From contig JAPLME010000002.1 of the NCBI GenBank assembly GCA_026387175.1, positions 12,780 through 76,779 on the forward strand: a stretch of DNA of 64,000 bases. The letters are read 5' to 3'. The position numbers and the translations under genes were made by a program. This document shows positions 45,607-57,133 of the stretch, piece by piece. Positions within the stretch are counted from its first letter, which is position 1. Each line of letters opens with the position of its first letter. Below the pieces are notes generated by a model, which saw only the letters and a list, made by a program, of their open reading frames with translations, did not search any database and was not told the origin of the DNA. The stretch comes from Candidatus Omnitrophota bacterium (lineage in GTDB: Bacteria > Omnitrophota > Gorgyraeia > 2-01-FULL-45-10).

Positions 45607-46926
45607 ATGAGATACAGAAAACTATTCTTAGCGATCGCGATAAGCGTATGCGCCGTCTTCAGCGCTGCCGGGGCCGAAGAGACGATGTTGTGGAAGGATT
45701 GTGTCAAAGAAGCAAAGAATAATCATCCCGATCTGGTATCTGCCGCGGAAAAAGTAAAACAATCAAGGGCAACTAAAGAGATCACCAGGAGCGCTTATTT
45801 GCCTCAGATAACCGGCGAGGCAAGCGAGGTCACTTCCAAGGGGGCCACCTTTGGAAGTTCCGGTGGAGGAAGCCAGAGCGATATACAGACCGGCGCTGCC
45901 GCCCGCCATGAAACTACATCATACGATTACAGCGTTACGGGGCAGCAGCTTCTTTTCGATGGATTTAAAACATCATACGACCTGTCCGCCGCGGAACGAA
46001 ATATAATATCATCACGATATAATTACGATGTGGCGTCATCCAATGTGAGATTGAGGTTAAGGACCGCTTATGTCAACTTGTTGACCGCGCAGGATCTTTT
46101 GAAAATTTCAGAAGAGATAGAAGCCCGCCGGAAGCAGAACCTGGAGCTTGTCAAGCTGAGGTATGAGGGGGGCCGGGAACACAAAGGGTCGCTTCTTACT
46201 TCGGAAGCGGATCTGGCGCAGGCAACGTTTGATGTGAACCAGGCGGGAAGAAGCATATTCCTCGCGCAGCGGCAGCTTACAAAAGAATTGGGCAGGGAAA
46301 AATTTGTCCCAATGAAAGCCGAAGGCGATTTTGAAGTTGTAGATGCGGACCGGGACAGGCCGGATTTTGAAAAATTATGCCGCACCAATCCGCTTCTGCA
46401 GCAGCTCATTGCGCAAAAAGAGGCGGCAAAGTATGGGGTGAAATCCGCCAAAGCCGGGTTCTATCCTCAGGTCTTCGCTTCAGGAACTTTAGGCAATACA
46501 AATATAGATGCGTTTCCCGACAAGAATGAATGGTCGGTAGGGACGAGCCTGACATTCCCTTTCTTTGACGGCGGTAATACGATCGCGAACGTAGCGAAAG
46601 CCAGGGCGGTCCTTGGCCAGGCCGAGGCGGATGAGAGAAGCGGACGGGATGGTGTTATATATACGCTATCAAACACCTGGACGACATTGCAGGACGCTAT
46701 TGAAAAAGTCGGGGTAGCTAAAAAATCCCTGAATGCGGCGGAGGAGCGGGCGAAGATCGCGGAGGCGGAATATTCGATAGGACTGCTAATATACGACAAC
46801 TGGATAATTATAGAGAACAATCTGGTCACGGCAAAGAGGAGTTATCTGAGCGCCGAACGCGACGCATTGATCGCGGAAGCAAATTGGATCCAGGCAAAAG
46901 GAGAGACCCTAGACTATGGTAAATAA
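45607..46926 (+). CDS. TolC family outer membrane efflux protein
   Basis: Signal peptide; two OEP repeats (AYLPQI, FYPQV, FDGG). Confidence 0.92.
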   Translation: MRYRKLFLAIAISVCAVFSAAGAEETMLWKDCVKEAKNNHPDLVSAAEKVKQSRATKEITRSAYLPQITGEASEVTSKGATFGSSGGGSQSDIQTGAAARHETTSYDYSVTGQQLLFDGFKTSYDLSAAERNIISSRYNYDVASSNVRLRLRTAYVNLLTAQDLLKISEEIEARRKQNLELVKLRYEGGREHKGSLLTSEADLAQATFDVNQAGRSIFLAQRQLTKELGREKFVPMKAEGDFEVVDADRDRPDFEKLCRTNPLLQQLIAQKEAAKYGVKSAKAGFYPQVFASGTLGNTNIDAFPDKNEWSVGTSLTFPFFDGGNTIANVAKARAVLGQAEADERSGRDGVIYTLSNTWTTLQDAIEKVGVAKKSLNAAEERAKIAEAEYSIGLLIYDNWIIIENNLVTAKRSYLSAERDALIAEANWIQAKGETLDYGK

Positions 46927-47899
46927 GAAGAGATGGATAGTTGCTCTGGTTTTATTTACGGCCGGCGCCTTAGCTATAGCGCTTTTAAATACGGGAAATA
47001 AGCCGTCAGGGGAGGTCGCGCGGGAAGTGAAACCGGCTATAGGCAATATACAGACTACCATCACTTCCACCGCTACTGTGCAGCCGCAAAACAGGCTGGA
47101 GATAAAACCTCCGATCAACGGCCGTATAGATCAGGTATTGGTCGAGGAGGGTGATATTGTAAAAGCGGGACAGACCCTGGTGTGGATGAGCTCTACCGAG
47201 AGGGCTGCCCTTTTGGACGCCGCAAGGACGCGCGGCCCGGATGCCATGAAATACTGGGAAGAAGTGTATAAGCCGACCCCCCTGATATCCCCGCTCGACG
47301 GGGAAGTCATCGTAAGCCAGGATGAGCCGGGGCAGATAGTGACCTCATCGGATGCGGTGCTTGTCCTGTCCGACCGCTTGATCGTCCAGGCCCAGGTCGA
47401 TGAGACCGACATAGGCGGGATCCGCGTCGGCCAGGAAGTGATGATCAGTCTCGACGCTTATCCTAACATCAAAGTGAAAGGCAAGGTCGACCACATATAT
47501 TACGAATCCAAGATAGTGAATAATGTTACCATCTATCAGGTCGATATTCTCCCTGAAACCGTTCCGGAAGTTTTCCGATCGGGAATGACGGCCACTGTCG
47601 TAATTACAGAAAAGACGAAAGATAACATCGCTCTTATACCTCTTGAAGCCGTAAAGCGGAAAAAGGACGGCGCGTATGTCCTGATAAAGGAATCTCCGGG
47701 AGCGAAGCCGATCGAGCGAAAAATTGAGCTGGGTATCGCGGATGAAAAGAATGTGGAAGTGATCTCCGGTGTGTCGGAGGCGGATACTATCATAGTCGCA
47801 GGCCAGAAATATTCGCCATCGGTTAAGGCTAATAGCGGAACTAATCCTTTCATGCCTTTTAGAGGAAGGCCCAGCGGGCAATCGGCAAAATCAAAATGA
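46916..47899 (+). CDS. macA: MacA-like periplasmic adaptor
   Basis: TM anchor, lipoyl motif, VDETDIG, RSGMTA. Confidence 0.85.
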   Translation: MVNKKRWIVALVLFTAGALAIALLNTGNKPSGEVAREVKPAIGNIQTTITSTATVQPQNRLEIKPPINGRIDQVLVEEGDIVKAGQTLVWMSSTERAALLDAARTRGPDAMKYWEEVYKPTPLISPLDGEVIVSQDEPGQIVTSSDAVLVLSDRLIVQAQVDETDIGGIRVGQEVMISLDAYPNIKVKGKVDHIYYESKIVNNVTIYQVDILPETVPEVFRSGMTATVVITEKTKDNIALIPLEAVKRKKDGAYVLIKESPGAKPIERKIELGIADEKNVEVISGVSEADTIIVAGQKYSPSVKANSGTNPFMPFRGRPSGQSAKSK

Positions 47900-47909
47900 T
47901 GGCTTTAAG

Positions 47910-49871
47910 ATGATAAAACTGGAGAACCTCTCCAAGACATACAAGATGGGCGAAGTCGGAGTGGCGGCCCTGCAGGGAGTGTCGCTTGATGTCAGGCCGG
48001 GAGAATTCGTAGCCATAATGGGGCCGTCGGGCTCCGGCAAGTCGACGCTTCTGCACCTATTGGGTTTTCTGGACTCACCCGATTCCGGCAAATATTATTT
48101 AATGGGTAATGATGTAACAAATTTAAGAGATGACAAGCTCTCAGTCCTCAGGAACAATTACATAGGCTTCGTCTTTCAACAATTCCATCTTTTGCCGCGG
48201 CTCTCCTCTCTAGAGAACACGGAACTTCCGCTCACCTATGCCGGCAAGCGCCATCTGAAAAAAATAGCTATGGAAAAGATCAAGGCCGTCGGGCTCCTCG
48301 AAAGAGGTTCCCATCGTCCCAATGAGCTCTCGGGCGGCGAACAGCAGCGCGTTGCCATAGCGCGTTCTTTGGTTAATGACCCCCCGCTTATCCTGGCCGA
48401 TGAGCCCACGGGAAATCTCGATTCAAAGAGCCAGAACGAAATAATGGCGATCCTGGTGGATCTTAACCGGCAGGGGAAGACGATCGTCATGGTCACTCAC
48501 GAGGAGGAAGTCGCGGAGTATGCTAAGAGGATCATCAAGATGCGTGACGGAAAGATAGTATCTGATGAAACCAGGACCGCCACTAAAGATATCGGGCCCG
48601 TGCAGACCGGCATATCGGTAGATAAGATATTGTCCGGGGAATCCTCCGGCATACGGCAGGCTGAACTCGCCGATCATTTGAAGCAGGCTTTCGGTTCGAT
48701 AGTTTCGCACAAGATGCGTTCCGCCCTTTCAATGCTAGGCATCCTGATCGGTGTCGCCGCCGTTATCGCTATGCTCGCCTTAGGCCAGGGGGCGAAAGAG
48801 TCTATCTCCCAAACGCTGGCGTCGTTAGGCTCAAACCTCTTAACGCTCAGATCGGGGTCGCAGAGAGTGCATGGTGTGGCTATGGAAGCGGGAGCGGTAA
48901 CACGCTTTACGTTTCAGGATGTGGACGCTATAGCAAAAATTCCGAATGTGAAAAGGGTCTCACCGACCGTTACCGGCAGAGGGCAGCTTGTCTATATGAA
49001 TAAAAACTGGAATACCCAGGTCCAGGGCACAGGCGTTAATTTCGCCGAGATGCGGGCATCCGTTCCCACGGCGGGCAAATTTTTTACAGAGGACGAATTA
49101 CGTTCCCGCGCCAGAGTGGCACTGCTGGGGACAACCGTCGTGAGGGAATTGTTCGGAAGCGAGAATCCCATAGATTCGATGATAAGGATAAACAAGGTCA
49201 GCTTTAAAGTGATAGGCATCTTACCGTCGAAGGGCACTAACATGTTCCACGACCAGGACGACCTGGTAGTTATTCCCGTCACCACGGCCATGTACCGGCT
49301 TTTAGGGAAACAGTATGTAGACACGGTGGATGCGGAAGTCAGCGATCAGTCGGCAATGGAAGAAGTGCAGAATAACATGAAAGATCTGATCATAAAGAGC
49401 CACCGTCTCAGCAAAGAAAATGAGGACTCGTTCGAGATACGGAACATGGCCGATATACAGCAGACATTGGCGCAGACGACCAAGACCATGACGCTGCTCC
49501 TAGGCGCCATAGCGGCCATCTCTCTCCTGGTCGGGGGTATAGGAATAATGAATATAATGCTTGTATCTGTCACGGAGAGGACCAGGGAAATCGGTTTAAG
49601 GAAAGCGATAGGCGCGCGCGGATCGGACATCATGACACAGTTTCTGATAGAGTCGGTGGTGATGACGTTTACCGGAGGAGCGATGGGTGTTTTGTGCGGT
49701 TCGGGAATAGCCGCGCTTCTGGCCCTGGTCGCGGGATGGGCGATAAAGGTTTCGATCTCTTCAGTCCTGCTCGCAACCACTTTTTCTATCGCCATCGGCA
49801 TAATATTCGGACTGTGGCCCGCGCGGCAAGCGGCCAGACTTAATCCGATCGAAGCGCTTAGATATGAATAA
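47910..49871 (+). CDS. macB: MacB ABC ATPase-permease fusion
   Basis: [35 protein letters not shown]. Confidence 0.93.
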   Translation: MIKLENLSKTYKMGEVGVAALQGVSLDVRPGEFVAIMGPSGSGKSTLLHLLGFLDSPDSGKYYLMGNDVTNLRDDKLSVLRNNYIGFVFQQFHLLPRLSSLENTELPLTYAGKRHLKKIAMEKIKAVGLLERGSHRPNELSGGEQQRVAIARSLVNDPPLILADEPTGNLDSKSQNEIMAILVDLNRQGKTIVMVTHEEEVAEYAKRIIKMRDGKIVSDETRTATKDIGPVQTGISVDKILSGESSGIRQAELADHLKQAFGSIVSHKMRSALSMLGILIGVAAVIAMLALGQGAKESISQTLASLGSNLLTLRSGSQRVHGVAMEAGAVTRFTFQDVDAIAKIPNVKRVSPTVTGRGQLVYMNKNWNTQVQGTGVNFAEMRASVPTAGKFFTEDELRSRARVALLGTTVVRELFGSENPIDSMIRINKVSFKVIGILPSKGTNMFHDQDDLVVIPVTTAMYRLLGKQYVDTVDAEVSDQSAMEEVQNNMKDLIIKSHRLSKENEDSFEIRNMADIQQTLAQTTKTMTLLLGAIAAISLLVGGIGIMNIMLVSVTERTREIGLRKAIGARGSDIMTQFLIESVVMTFTGGAMGVLCGSGIAALLALVAGWAIKVSISSVLLATTFSIAIGIIFGLWPARQAARLNPIEALRYE

Positions 49872-49892
49872 CAAAGAGAAGGCCTTGCCTCT

Positions 49893-50657
49893 ATGCTGTT
49901 AAAAATAAGTTTAATTCGAGTTATTAACCTTCTGGGAATCTCGGGGATTTACCTATACTTCTGCAAGCGCCTGAAAATATTTCCGGTACAAGTAAAAGTG
50001 CCGATATTCGGAAAGATCCGGACATTTCATGAAGCGAGGAACATTTTTGATAATTTTGGCTCCTCAGGGCAATTAAGGGACGAGACGATAGAGCGCTATC
50101 TTTCGAAAAAATCGGCGCCATGTATAGTTGATTGCGGGGTAAACGTCGGCGTGACGGCGCGATGGTGGTTTCATCTTAATCGTCGATCAACAGTTTTTGG
50201 AATTGACATGATGAAAGAATCTCAGGAATTCACCGTAGAAACAATAAAGTCCATAGGCATAGCCCCGGACAGATATAGGCCCATTATAGCGGCGTTGTGG
50301 TCCGAAAACGGAAAAGAGTTCAAAATCGGCATAGGTGACCCGCTTTGCGGCGATTACGGTTTTTATCGATTCGATAAGGAAAAGAGCGAAAGAACTTTTG
50401 TGACCAGGACGCTCGATACTGTATTCGATTCCGAAAATATCGGCGATGTAGATCTTTTGAAAATCGATCTGGAAGGCGTGGGGGGCGAAGTTCTTAAGGA
50501 TGCGGCGAAACTTCTTAAAAAGACGAAACATATATTCCTGGAGACTCACTCCGAAGAGGAAAGTAAGCTGGCCGGCAGCATATTAACAAGTAATAAATTC
50601 CGCCTGAGAAAGACTGCTAGCAGGCATCAATGGTGGGAAAAATATGATATACAATAA
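49893..50657 (+). CDS. FkbM family methyltransferase
   Basis: VDCGVNVG, LLKIDLEG. Confidence 0.8.
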   Translation: MLLKISLIRVINLLGISGIYLYFCKRLKIFPVQVKVPIFGKIRTFHEARNIFDNFGSSGQLRDETIERYLSKKSAPCIVDCGVNVGVTARWWFHLNRRSTVFGIDMMKESQEFTVETIKSIGIAPDRYRPIIAALWSENGKEFKIGIGDPLCGDYGFYRFDKEKSERTFVTRTLDTVFDSENIGDVDLLKIDLEGVGGEVLKDAAKLLKKTKHIFLETHSEEESKLAGSILTSNKFRLRKTASRHQWWEKYDIQ

Positions 50658-52065
50658 ACTAAAAACTTTTCCGCGGTTAATAGCCCTGATTACAGGTATT
50701 TTTTTTATAGGGTTCTGCGTTATATTTGCTTTAGATATCTTTTTTCCCAAAATGCCTGCCCTGATCAACTCTCTTCTGGATAGCCTCCTCCTGGTGATCC
50801 TGGCCTTCCCCCTGATATCCCGATTTGATCTTTCCCGCATCGCCATGGAAAACAAGCGAAACTTTGATACCCAGGCGGCGCTCAACTCACTTTTGCGCCT
50901 GATGATCGAAGATATCTCTCTGGACGAGATCCTGAATAGAACGCTCGATACCATCTTTTCACTGCCATGGTTTACCGTGCAGCCGAGAGGGGCCATATTC
51001 CTGGTCGAGGATGAACTCGATGTCCTGGTGATGAAGGCGCAAAAAAATCTTTCCGAACCTATACGGCAGTTATGTTCAAGAGTCCCTTTCGGCAAGTGTC
51101 TTTGCGGAAGGACGGCCTTAACAAAAGATATGCAATTCGCGGACCGGCTTGACAGCCGCCATGAGATTATGTACGAAGGTATTAATCCTCACGGCCATTA
51201 TTGTGTGCCCATACTGCTCAAGGGCAAGGTGCTGGGAGTGGTTAACCTGTATTTAGATGAGAAATATGCCCGGGATAAGACGGACGAGGTATTTCTTCTT
51301 GCGGTAGCGGATCTTCTGGCCGGTATCATACAGGAGAAACGGTTTGAGGAGGGCCAGAGGAAGGCGCAGGAAAGGCTTATCCAGGCGAGCAAGATGGATG
51401 TGGTAGGCAGGCTTGCCGGCGGCGTTGCCCATGAGGTGAAGAACCCTCTTGCAATAGTGCTTATGGGAACGGATTATCTTTCAGGAAAGATTAACGCCGG
51501 CGATAAAAGGGTATTATCCACCCTTAATGATATGAAGGCCGCTATCAAAAGAGCCGATGACGTTATCAAGGACCTGTTAGATTTTTCCAGGGTCTCGGAG
51601 TTAAATATTACCGCGCAGGACATTAATTCCATACTGAATAACGCGCTCGTTTTAGTTAAATATCAAATCGACAGCGCCCATGTAGAGATACATAAAGACC
51701 TGAAGGAGGATATCCCCCGGGTTCAGGCGGATAGGAATAAGATAGAGCAGGTATTTGTAAATATCATACTTAATTCTATTCAGGCCATGCCGGATGGCGG
51801 GACATTGACGGTAAGGACTTACGCCAAAAAAGTAACAGGAGACACGAATGTAGTTATTGAAATAGAAGACACCGGCACCGGTATCTCCGAAGATAATTTA
51901 AATAATATATTCGAACCATTCTTCACCACGCGCCGCGATAAAGGAGGCACGGGCCTGGGCCTCTTTATAGTAAGAAACATAATCGAGATGCATAAAGGAA
52001 GGGTAGAGATTATTAATAAAAAAGACGGCCATGGCACAAAGACGACCATAACTCTTAAAGGATAA
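50644..52065 (+). CDS. Membrane GAF sensor histidine kinase
   Basis: AHEVKNPL, N-box, DTGTG, PFFTT, GTGLGL. Confidence 0.93.
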   Translation: MIYNKLKTFPRLIALITGIFFIGFCVIFALDIFFPKMPALINSLLDSLLLVILAFPLISRFDLSRIAMENKRNFDTQAALNSLLRLMIEDISLDEILNRTLDTIFSLPWFTVQPRGAIFLVEDELDVLVMKAQKNLSEPIRQLCSRVPFGKCLCGRTALTKDMQFADRLDSRHEIMYEGINPHGHYCVPILLKGKVLGVVNLYLDEKYARDKTDEVFLLAVADLLAGIIQEKRFEEGQRKAQERLIQASKMDVVGRLAGGVAHEVKNPLAIVLMGTDYLSGKINAGDKRVLSTLNDMKAAIKRADDVIKDLLDFSRVSELNITAQDINSILNNALVLVKYQIDSAHVEIHKDLKEDIPRVQADRNKIEQVFVNIILNSIQAMPDGGTLTVRTYAKKVTGDTNVVIEIEDTGTGISEDNLNNIFEPFFTTRRDKGGTGLGLFIVRNIIEMHKGRVEIINKKDGHGTKTTITLKG

Positions 52066-52080
52066 AAAAGGAGAGGCTTT

Positions 52081-52452
52081 ATGGAAAAGAAGAAGATACT
52101 TATTATCGACGACGAAGCGGGCTTTACCAGAGTAGTGAAATTGGCTCTCGAAGAGACCGGCGACTATGAGGTCAGGATAGAGAATAAAGGCGAAAAAGGG
52201 CTCAGCACGGCCCTAGAATTTAACCCGGACCTGATTTTATTGGACGTGATAATGCCTGATATTTCAGGCGGCGAGGTATGCTCCCAGATACAATCCGCCG
52301 CGGGCCTGAAAGATACCCCTATAGTATTTTTAACCGCCATCGTAAAGGAAAAAGAAGTCGGGCCGGGAGTAAGCACTATCAGCGGCCATCCGTTTCTGGC
52401 CAAACCTGTAAGCAAGAAGAAGCTTATCGGAGCCATTGAAAGGTATATATGA
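52081..52452 (+). CDS. Single-domain response regulator
   Basis: ILIIDDE, PDLILLD, AKP. Confidence 0.92.
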   Translation: MEKKKILIIDDEAGFTRVVKLALEETGDYEVRIENKGEKGLSTALEFNPDLILLDVIMPDISGGEVCSQIQSAAGLKDTPIVFLTAIVKEKEVGPGVSTISGHPFLAKPVSKKKLIGAIERYI

Positions 52453-52607
52453 TAATAGTGCTGGGAATAATCGCCGTCCTGATACTTCTAAGCATTATAT
52501 ATTTACGGAAATTTATGCGCGATATGGCTGTTGTCGAAAGCGAGCTGATTAAAGAGCTTAGAGAAATAAAAAATTGCCTGATAAAGATAAATGAAAAACA
52601 GCTATAA
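52449..52607 (+). CDS. 52-aa single-TM protein (not in ORF track)
   Basis: ATGA overlap with upstream stop; MIIVLGIIAVLILLSIIYLRKF... Confidence 0.55.
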   Translation: MIIVLGIIAVLILLSIIYLRKFMRDMAVVESELIKELREIKNCLIKINEKQL

Positions 52608-52681
52608 TAATCTTGCAACTTTATGATGGTGCGTGTATACTTACCTATGACCAGTAACCAGTTGAAAGGGGGTATGCGATT

Positions 52682-52981
52682 ATGAGGAGATTAGCAGTGG
52701 TGTTAGTGATCGCGGCTATCGCGTTATACGCGATGCCTGTATTCGCTGGCGATGCGGCATCCGCGCCGAAGGCCGGAGAAAAGTCGATATTCCAGAGGCT
52801 GAGCAATGAAATCTGCGGCAGTAAGATGCCTGCCAGATTTGCTGTCAAACCGATTGCGAAAGATTCGGTTGAAGCGGTTAAGTACGTGGGTGATCGTAAA
52901 GTGAAGGTGTTCCAGGACGTGTCTGACGGTATCGCCCAGGGGTCCGCAAAGGCAAAGGGCGAGTCTCTGCGTACGAAATAA
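52682..52981 (+). CDS. Small secreted protein
   Basis: Signal peptide (VFA); terminator downstream. Confidence 0.7.
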   Translation: MRRLAVVLVIAAIALYAMPVFAGDAASAPKAGEKSIFQRLSNEICGSKMPARFAVKPIAKDSVEAVKYVGDRKVKVFQDVSDGIAQGSAKAKGESLRTK

Positions 52982-53007
52982 TTGGTTTTCAGCATTTAGT
53001 CTTCAAT

Positions 53008-53040
53008 AGGCCCTGTCTTTCGTGTACAGACAGGGCCTTT
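53008..53040 (+). terminator. Intrinsic terminator
   Basis: AGGCCCTGTCT-loop-AGACAGGGCCT-TT. Confidence 0.75.
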
Positions 53041-53083
53041 ACTTATGAATAAGCTGAAAGGAAGAAGGGAGCTGACCCTCATT

Positions 53084-53644
53084 ATGGTAAAAACATTATT
53101 TATCGTTTCTTTTTTATTATCCGCGCTTCTCGGAGCCGGCTATTATGGAGAACTCTGCGCTATGGAAAACCCGGTTGTCGTTTTAGAGACTACACAAGGC
53201 GTCATAGAACTTACGCTCAGGCCGGATGTCGCGCCTAAAGCGTGTGAAAATTTTGTAAAATTGGTTGAGAAAGGCTATTATAACGGCATTATCTTTCACC
53301 GTGTGATACCGCAATTTATGATCCAGGGGGGCGACCCCACCGGAACCGGCACCGGAGGGTCATCGATCTGGGGAAGGCCGTTCGGCGATGAATTACGCGC
53401 CGATGTCTGTTTTGACAAGCCAGGTATCCTGGCCATGGCAAATTCCGGGCCAAACACAAACGGCAGCCAATTCTTTATCACGACCGTCGAGACTTCATGG
53501 CTCAATATGCGCCACACGATATTCGGATATGTTTCGGCCGGGTATGATGTAGTGAAAAAGATAGAAAAGACGCCGACCGGCGCTGAAAATAAGCCTTTAG
53601 TCCCTCAAGAGATAATCAAGGCATATATAAAGACGAAACAATAA
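53084..53644 (+). CDS. Cyclophilin-type peptidyl-prolyl isomerase
   Basis: FHRVIPQFMIQGGDP, AMANSGPNTNGSQFF. Confidence 0.95.
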   Translation: MVKTLFIVSFLLSALLGAGYYGELCAMENPVVVLETTQGVIELTLRPDVAPKACENFVKLVEKGYYNGIIFHRVIPQFMIQGGDPTGTGTGGSSIWGRPFGDELRADVCFDKPGILAMANSGPNTNGSQFFITTVETSWLNMRHTIFGYVSAGYDVVKKIEKTPTGAENKPLVPQEIIKAYIKTKQ

Positions 53645-53997
53645 TGCCGATCGTAAAGACGAACGATAGAAGAGGTTTCACGCTTGTCGAGATCATGACG
53701 GTCATCGGGATCATCGGCATACTGGCGGCTATAGCTATCGCCAATTTCATGGTGGCAAAGCGCGTCGCCCAGAAGAACGCCTGCATAGCTAACCTGAAAC
53801 AGATCCAGATAGTTGTCAATACATGGGCGCTGGATACGGACTCGAGTCCGAACGCGACATTCACAAAGGCGGACCTGGTGCCCAATTATATTAAGACATG
53901 GCCTAAGGAAGGCACGGCGGATTACCCTTTGCCGGCTAATGTAAATTCTACACCGGTTTGTCCGAATGCCGCCGTTAACACCGACCATACGATATAA
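53644..53997 (+). CDS. Type IV pilin-like protein
   Basis: RRG-FTLVEIM class III signal. Confidence 0.88.
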   Translation: MPIVKTNDRRGFTLVEIMTVIGIIGILAAIAIANFMVAKRVAQKNACIANLKQIQIVVNTWALDTDSSPNATFTKADLVPNYIKTWPKEGTADYPLPANVNSTPVCPNAAVNTDHTI

Positions 53998-54008
53998 GCG
54001 GAAGATAT

Positions 54009-54737
54009 ATGAGATTGTTGGTATCGATATTGATATGGATAGTGGGCGCTCTCATTACCATGGCCACATTTCTGGCAAGCGTCCTCCTCTCTGTAATACT
54101 TTATCCGTTCCCATTCAGGAAAAAGATAGTTCATGCGCAGTGTTTCTGGTGGTCGGACGCGATAATAGCTTTAAATCCCTACTGGAAGATCAGCATAAAA
54201 GGCCTGCAGAATATAGACCCCTCTAAAACATATGTTATAGTGGCCAACCATCAGAGCCTGGCAGATATTGTTATAATATACCAGATACGTACGTATTTTA
54301 AATGGGTGGCGAAAGAAGAGCTTCTTAAAGTGCCGTTTATAGGCGGCCTGCTTTGGATTAATAATCATATTATGCTTTCCAGGGGGGATTTTAGCAGTGT
54401 AAAAGAAGTTTATAAAAAGGCGGCTGAGTACCTTAAAAGCGGCATATCGATGTTATTTTTCCCGGAGGGAACGCGCTCCAGCACCGATCAAATGGGTGAA
54501 TTTCAGAATGGAGCTTTTAAGCTGGCTATAAGGGAAGGCAAGAGCGTCCTTCCTATATTTATCGGCGGCACCAGGGAAGCGATACCTAAAGGCGGTTTTA
54601 TCTTTAAAACAAAGGTATCCGGAAAGCTTGTGGTGCTTCCGCCGATCGATACATCGAGTTTCAAGATTGCCGATTACGCGGTCTTGAGAGATATGGTGCG
54701 TGAGCAGTTGCAAAAAGTCGCTTCGGAAAAAGCTTAA
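54009..54737 (+). CDS. plsC: 1-acyl-sn-glycerol-3-phosphate acyltransferase
   Basis: NHQSLAD, FPEGTRS. Confidence 0.88.
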   Translation: MRLLVSILIWIVGALITMATFLASVLLSVILYPFPFRKKIVHAQCFWWSDAIIALNPYWKISIKGLQNIDPSKTYVIVANHQSLADIVIIYQIRTYFKWVAKEELLKVPFIGGLLWINNHIMLSRGDFSSVKEVYKKAAEYLKSGISMLFFPEGTRSSTDQMGEFQNGAFKLAIREGKSVLPIFIGGTREAIPKGGFIFKTKVSGKLVVLPPIDTSSFKIADYAVLRDMVREQLQKVASEKA

Positions 54738-54809
54738 TCATTGGGCGGTTTTGTGTTAGAATAATTTTTGTGAAATAGACGGTTAAAGTTAATACGGGGA
54801 GCAATAATA

Positions 54810-55556
54810 ATGAAGAAGCTGGTGTTGCTGCGCCACGGCGAAAGCACGTGGAATAAGGAGAACAGGTTTACGGGCTGGACCGATGTCGATCTTTCCGATA
54901 AAGGCAGAGAAGAGGCCGCAAAGGCCGGCGAAGTGCTGAAGAAAGAAGGTTTCGTCTTCGATGTGGCCTATACCTCGGTATTGAAGAGGGCCGTATATAC
55001 ATTATGGACCGTCCTCGACAAGATGGATCTTGTGTGGATACCCGTGAATAATTCGTGGCGGCTCAATGAGCGCCATTACGGGGCCCTGCAGGGGCTCAAT
55101 AAGTCGGAGACCGCGGCAAAATTCGGCGAGAAACAGGTCCTTATATGGAGAAGAAGCTATGATATCCCGCCTCCGCCTCTTGAAAAGAACGATCCGAGAA
55201 GCCCCCGCAACGACCCGCGCTATAGGGACTTATCCGACAGCGAGATCCCGTTGACGGAATGCTTAAAAGATACGGTAAAGAGATTTTTGCCGTACTGGCA
55301 TGAAACCATAGCTCCGGTGGTCAAGTCGGGTAAATGTGTGATCATAGCCGCCCACGGTAATAGCTTGAGGGCGCTGGTTAAATACCTCGACAATATACCG
55401 GATGACAAGATAGTCGGAGTGAATATTCCTACCGGGCTGCCTCTTGTATACGAATTGTCGGACGATCTGAAGCCGATCAAAAGTTATTATCTCGGCGATC
55501 CGGAAGAGGTGAAGAAAGCGATGGAAGCGGTGGCCAACCAGGGCAAGGCGAAATGA
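54810..55556 (+). CDS. gpmA: 2,3-BPG-dependent phosphoglycerate mutase
   Basis: LRHGES, NERHYG, AHGNSLR. Confidence 0.97.
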   Translation: MKKLVLLRHGESTWNKENRFTGWTDVDLSDKGREEAAKAGEVLKKEGFVFDVAYTSVLKRAVYTLWTVLDKMDLVWIPVNNSWRLNERHYGALQGLNKSETAAKFGEKQVLIWRRSYDIPPPPLEKNDPRSPRNDPRYRDLSDSEIPLTECLKDTVKRFLPYWHETIAPVVKSGKCVIIAAHGNSLRALVKYLDNIPDDKIVGVNIPTGLPLVYELSDDLKPIKSYYLGDPEEVKKAMEAVANQGKAK

Positions 55557-57130
55557 TCAAAGTAAGAAAAGCTCTTATAAGTGTATCCGATAAGACCGGA
55601 CTGGAAGACCTTGTGAAGGTTTTGCACAAATTTGCCGTTAAGATACTCTCCACAGGAGGGACGTCAAAAGCCATAATCCGTATGGGAGTCCCTGTGAAGG
55701 ATGTGTCCGATTACACCGGCTTTCCTGAGATGCTGGACGGCAGAGTGAAGACGCTCCACCCGAAGGTCCATGGCGCTCTCCTGGCTTTGCGCGATAATAA
55801 GGAACATATGGATGCCGTGAAAGAACACGGGATCTCCCTGATAGATATGGTGGTCGTGAATCTCTATCCTTTCGAAAAGACAGCCTCGAAACCGCAGATA
55901 GAGCCGGAGGAGGTCATCGAGAATATAGATATCGGAGGCCCTTCGATGCTGAGGAGCGCGGCAAAGAACTATAAATCGGTATGCGTTGTCTGCGATATCG
56001 CCGATTATAAGAGAGTTATCGAAGAGATGGAGAAGAATTCAGGTTGTATCTCGGAAGAGCTCCTTGCCTGGCTCGGAACAAAAGTGTTCGCCAGGACCTC
56101 GGCCTACGACGCGGCCATACATAATTATTTGAGATCGCAAGTGAAAGGAACGGCGGCCGGCGACGAGGAGCTTTTGCCGGAAACGCTCACGATAAATTGT
56201 AAAAAGATTCAGGACCTGCGGTACGGCGAGAACCCTCACCAGAAAGCGGCATTCTACAAGGACCTGTTATCCGACGAGCCGGGCGTCGCTTCCGCGGTCC
56301 AGCTCGGAGGGAAGGAGCTTTCGTTCAATAACATAGTAGATCTTAACGCGGCGCTGGAGATAGTGAAAGAATTCGCGCTTCCCGCGGCCGTTATAGTGAA
56401 ACATACTAATCCGTGCGGAGCGGCGGCGGCCGATACATTGAAACAGGCATATCTGGACGCCCTGGATTGTGACCGCATGAGCGCTTATGGAAGCATCGTC
56501 GGATTCAATGCCCCCGTAGATATCGTTGTCGCCAGGACGATCCTCAAAGAGGCCGATTTTGTCGAATGCATCATCGCGCCGTCTTATGAGGCGGATGTCG
56601 TCGAGGCATTAAGGAAGAAGAAGAACCTGAGGCTCCTGGAAGTGAAGAATTTTGGTATCAAGACCGCAAAGATCCGTCCCGACCTGAAGAAGGTCGTCGG
56701 GGGCGTTCTCATTCAGGATAGGGATATCCTCGGCCTGAAGGAATCAGACCTGAAATTCGTCACTAAAACAAGGCCGACGAAGGATGAGCTTAAGTCGCTT
56801 ATGTTCGGATGGCTGGTGGCGAAACATGTTAAGTCGAATGCGATCGTCCTGTCTCAGGGCACAAGGACCGTGGGCATTGGCGCGGGCCAGATGTCGAGAG
56901 TGGACTCTGTAATGATAGCCGCGCGGAAAGCGGGAGAGCGTTCTAAGGGCTCGACTCTTGCCAGCGACGCGTTCTTTCCCAAAGAGGACGGTATCGAGCA
57001 GGCGGCCCGGGCCGGCGTCAGGGCCATAATACAGCCGGGCGGATCTATAAGGGACGCCGAAGTTATCAGTAAGGCGGACTCGTTCGGTATCTCGATGGTC
57101 TTTACCGGAGTCAGGCACTTCAAACATTAA
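55553..57130 (+). CDS. purH: Bifunctional AICAR transformylase/IMP cyclohydrolase
   Basis: [28 protein letters not shown]. Confidence 0.98.
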   Translation: MIKVRKALISVSDKTGLEDLVKVLHKFAVKILSTGGTSKAIIRMGVPVKDVSDYTGFPEMLDGRVKTLHPKVHGALLALRDNKEHMDAVKEHGISLIDMVVVNLYPFEKTASKPQIEPEEVIENIDIGGPSMLRSAAKNYKSVCVVCDIADYKRVIEEMEKNSGCISEELLAWLGTKVFARTSAYDAAIHNYLRSQVKGTAAGDEELLPETLTINCKKIQDLRYGENPHQKAAFYKDLLSDEPGVASAVQLGGKELSFNNIVDLNAALEIVKEFALPAAVIVKHTNPCGAAAADTLKQAYLDALDCDRMSAYGSIVGFNAPVDIVVARTILKEADFVECIIAPSYEADVVEALRKKKNLRLLEVKNFGIKTAKIRPDLKKVVGGVLIQDRDILGLKESDLKFVTKTRPTKDELKSLMFGWLVAKHVKSNAIVLSQGTRTVGIGAGQMSRVDSVMIAARKAGERSKGSTLASDAFFPKEDGIEQAARAGVRAIIQPGGSIRDAEVISKADSFGISMVFTGVRHFKH

Positions 57131-57133
57131 TGC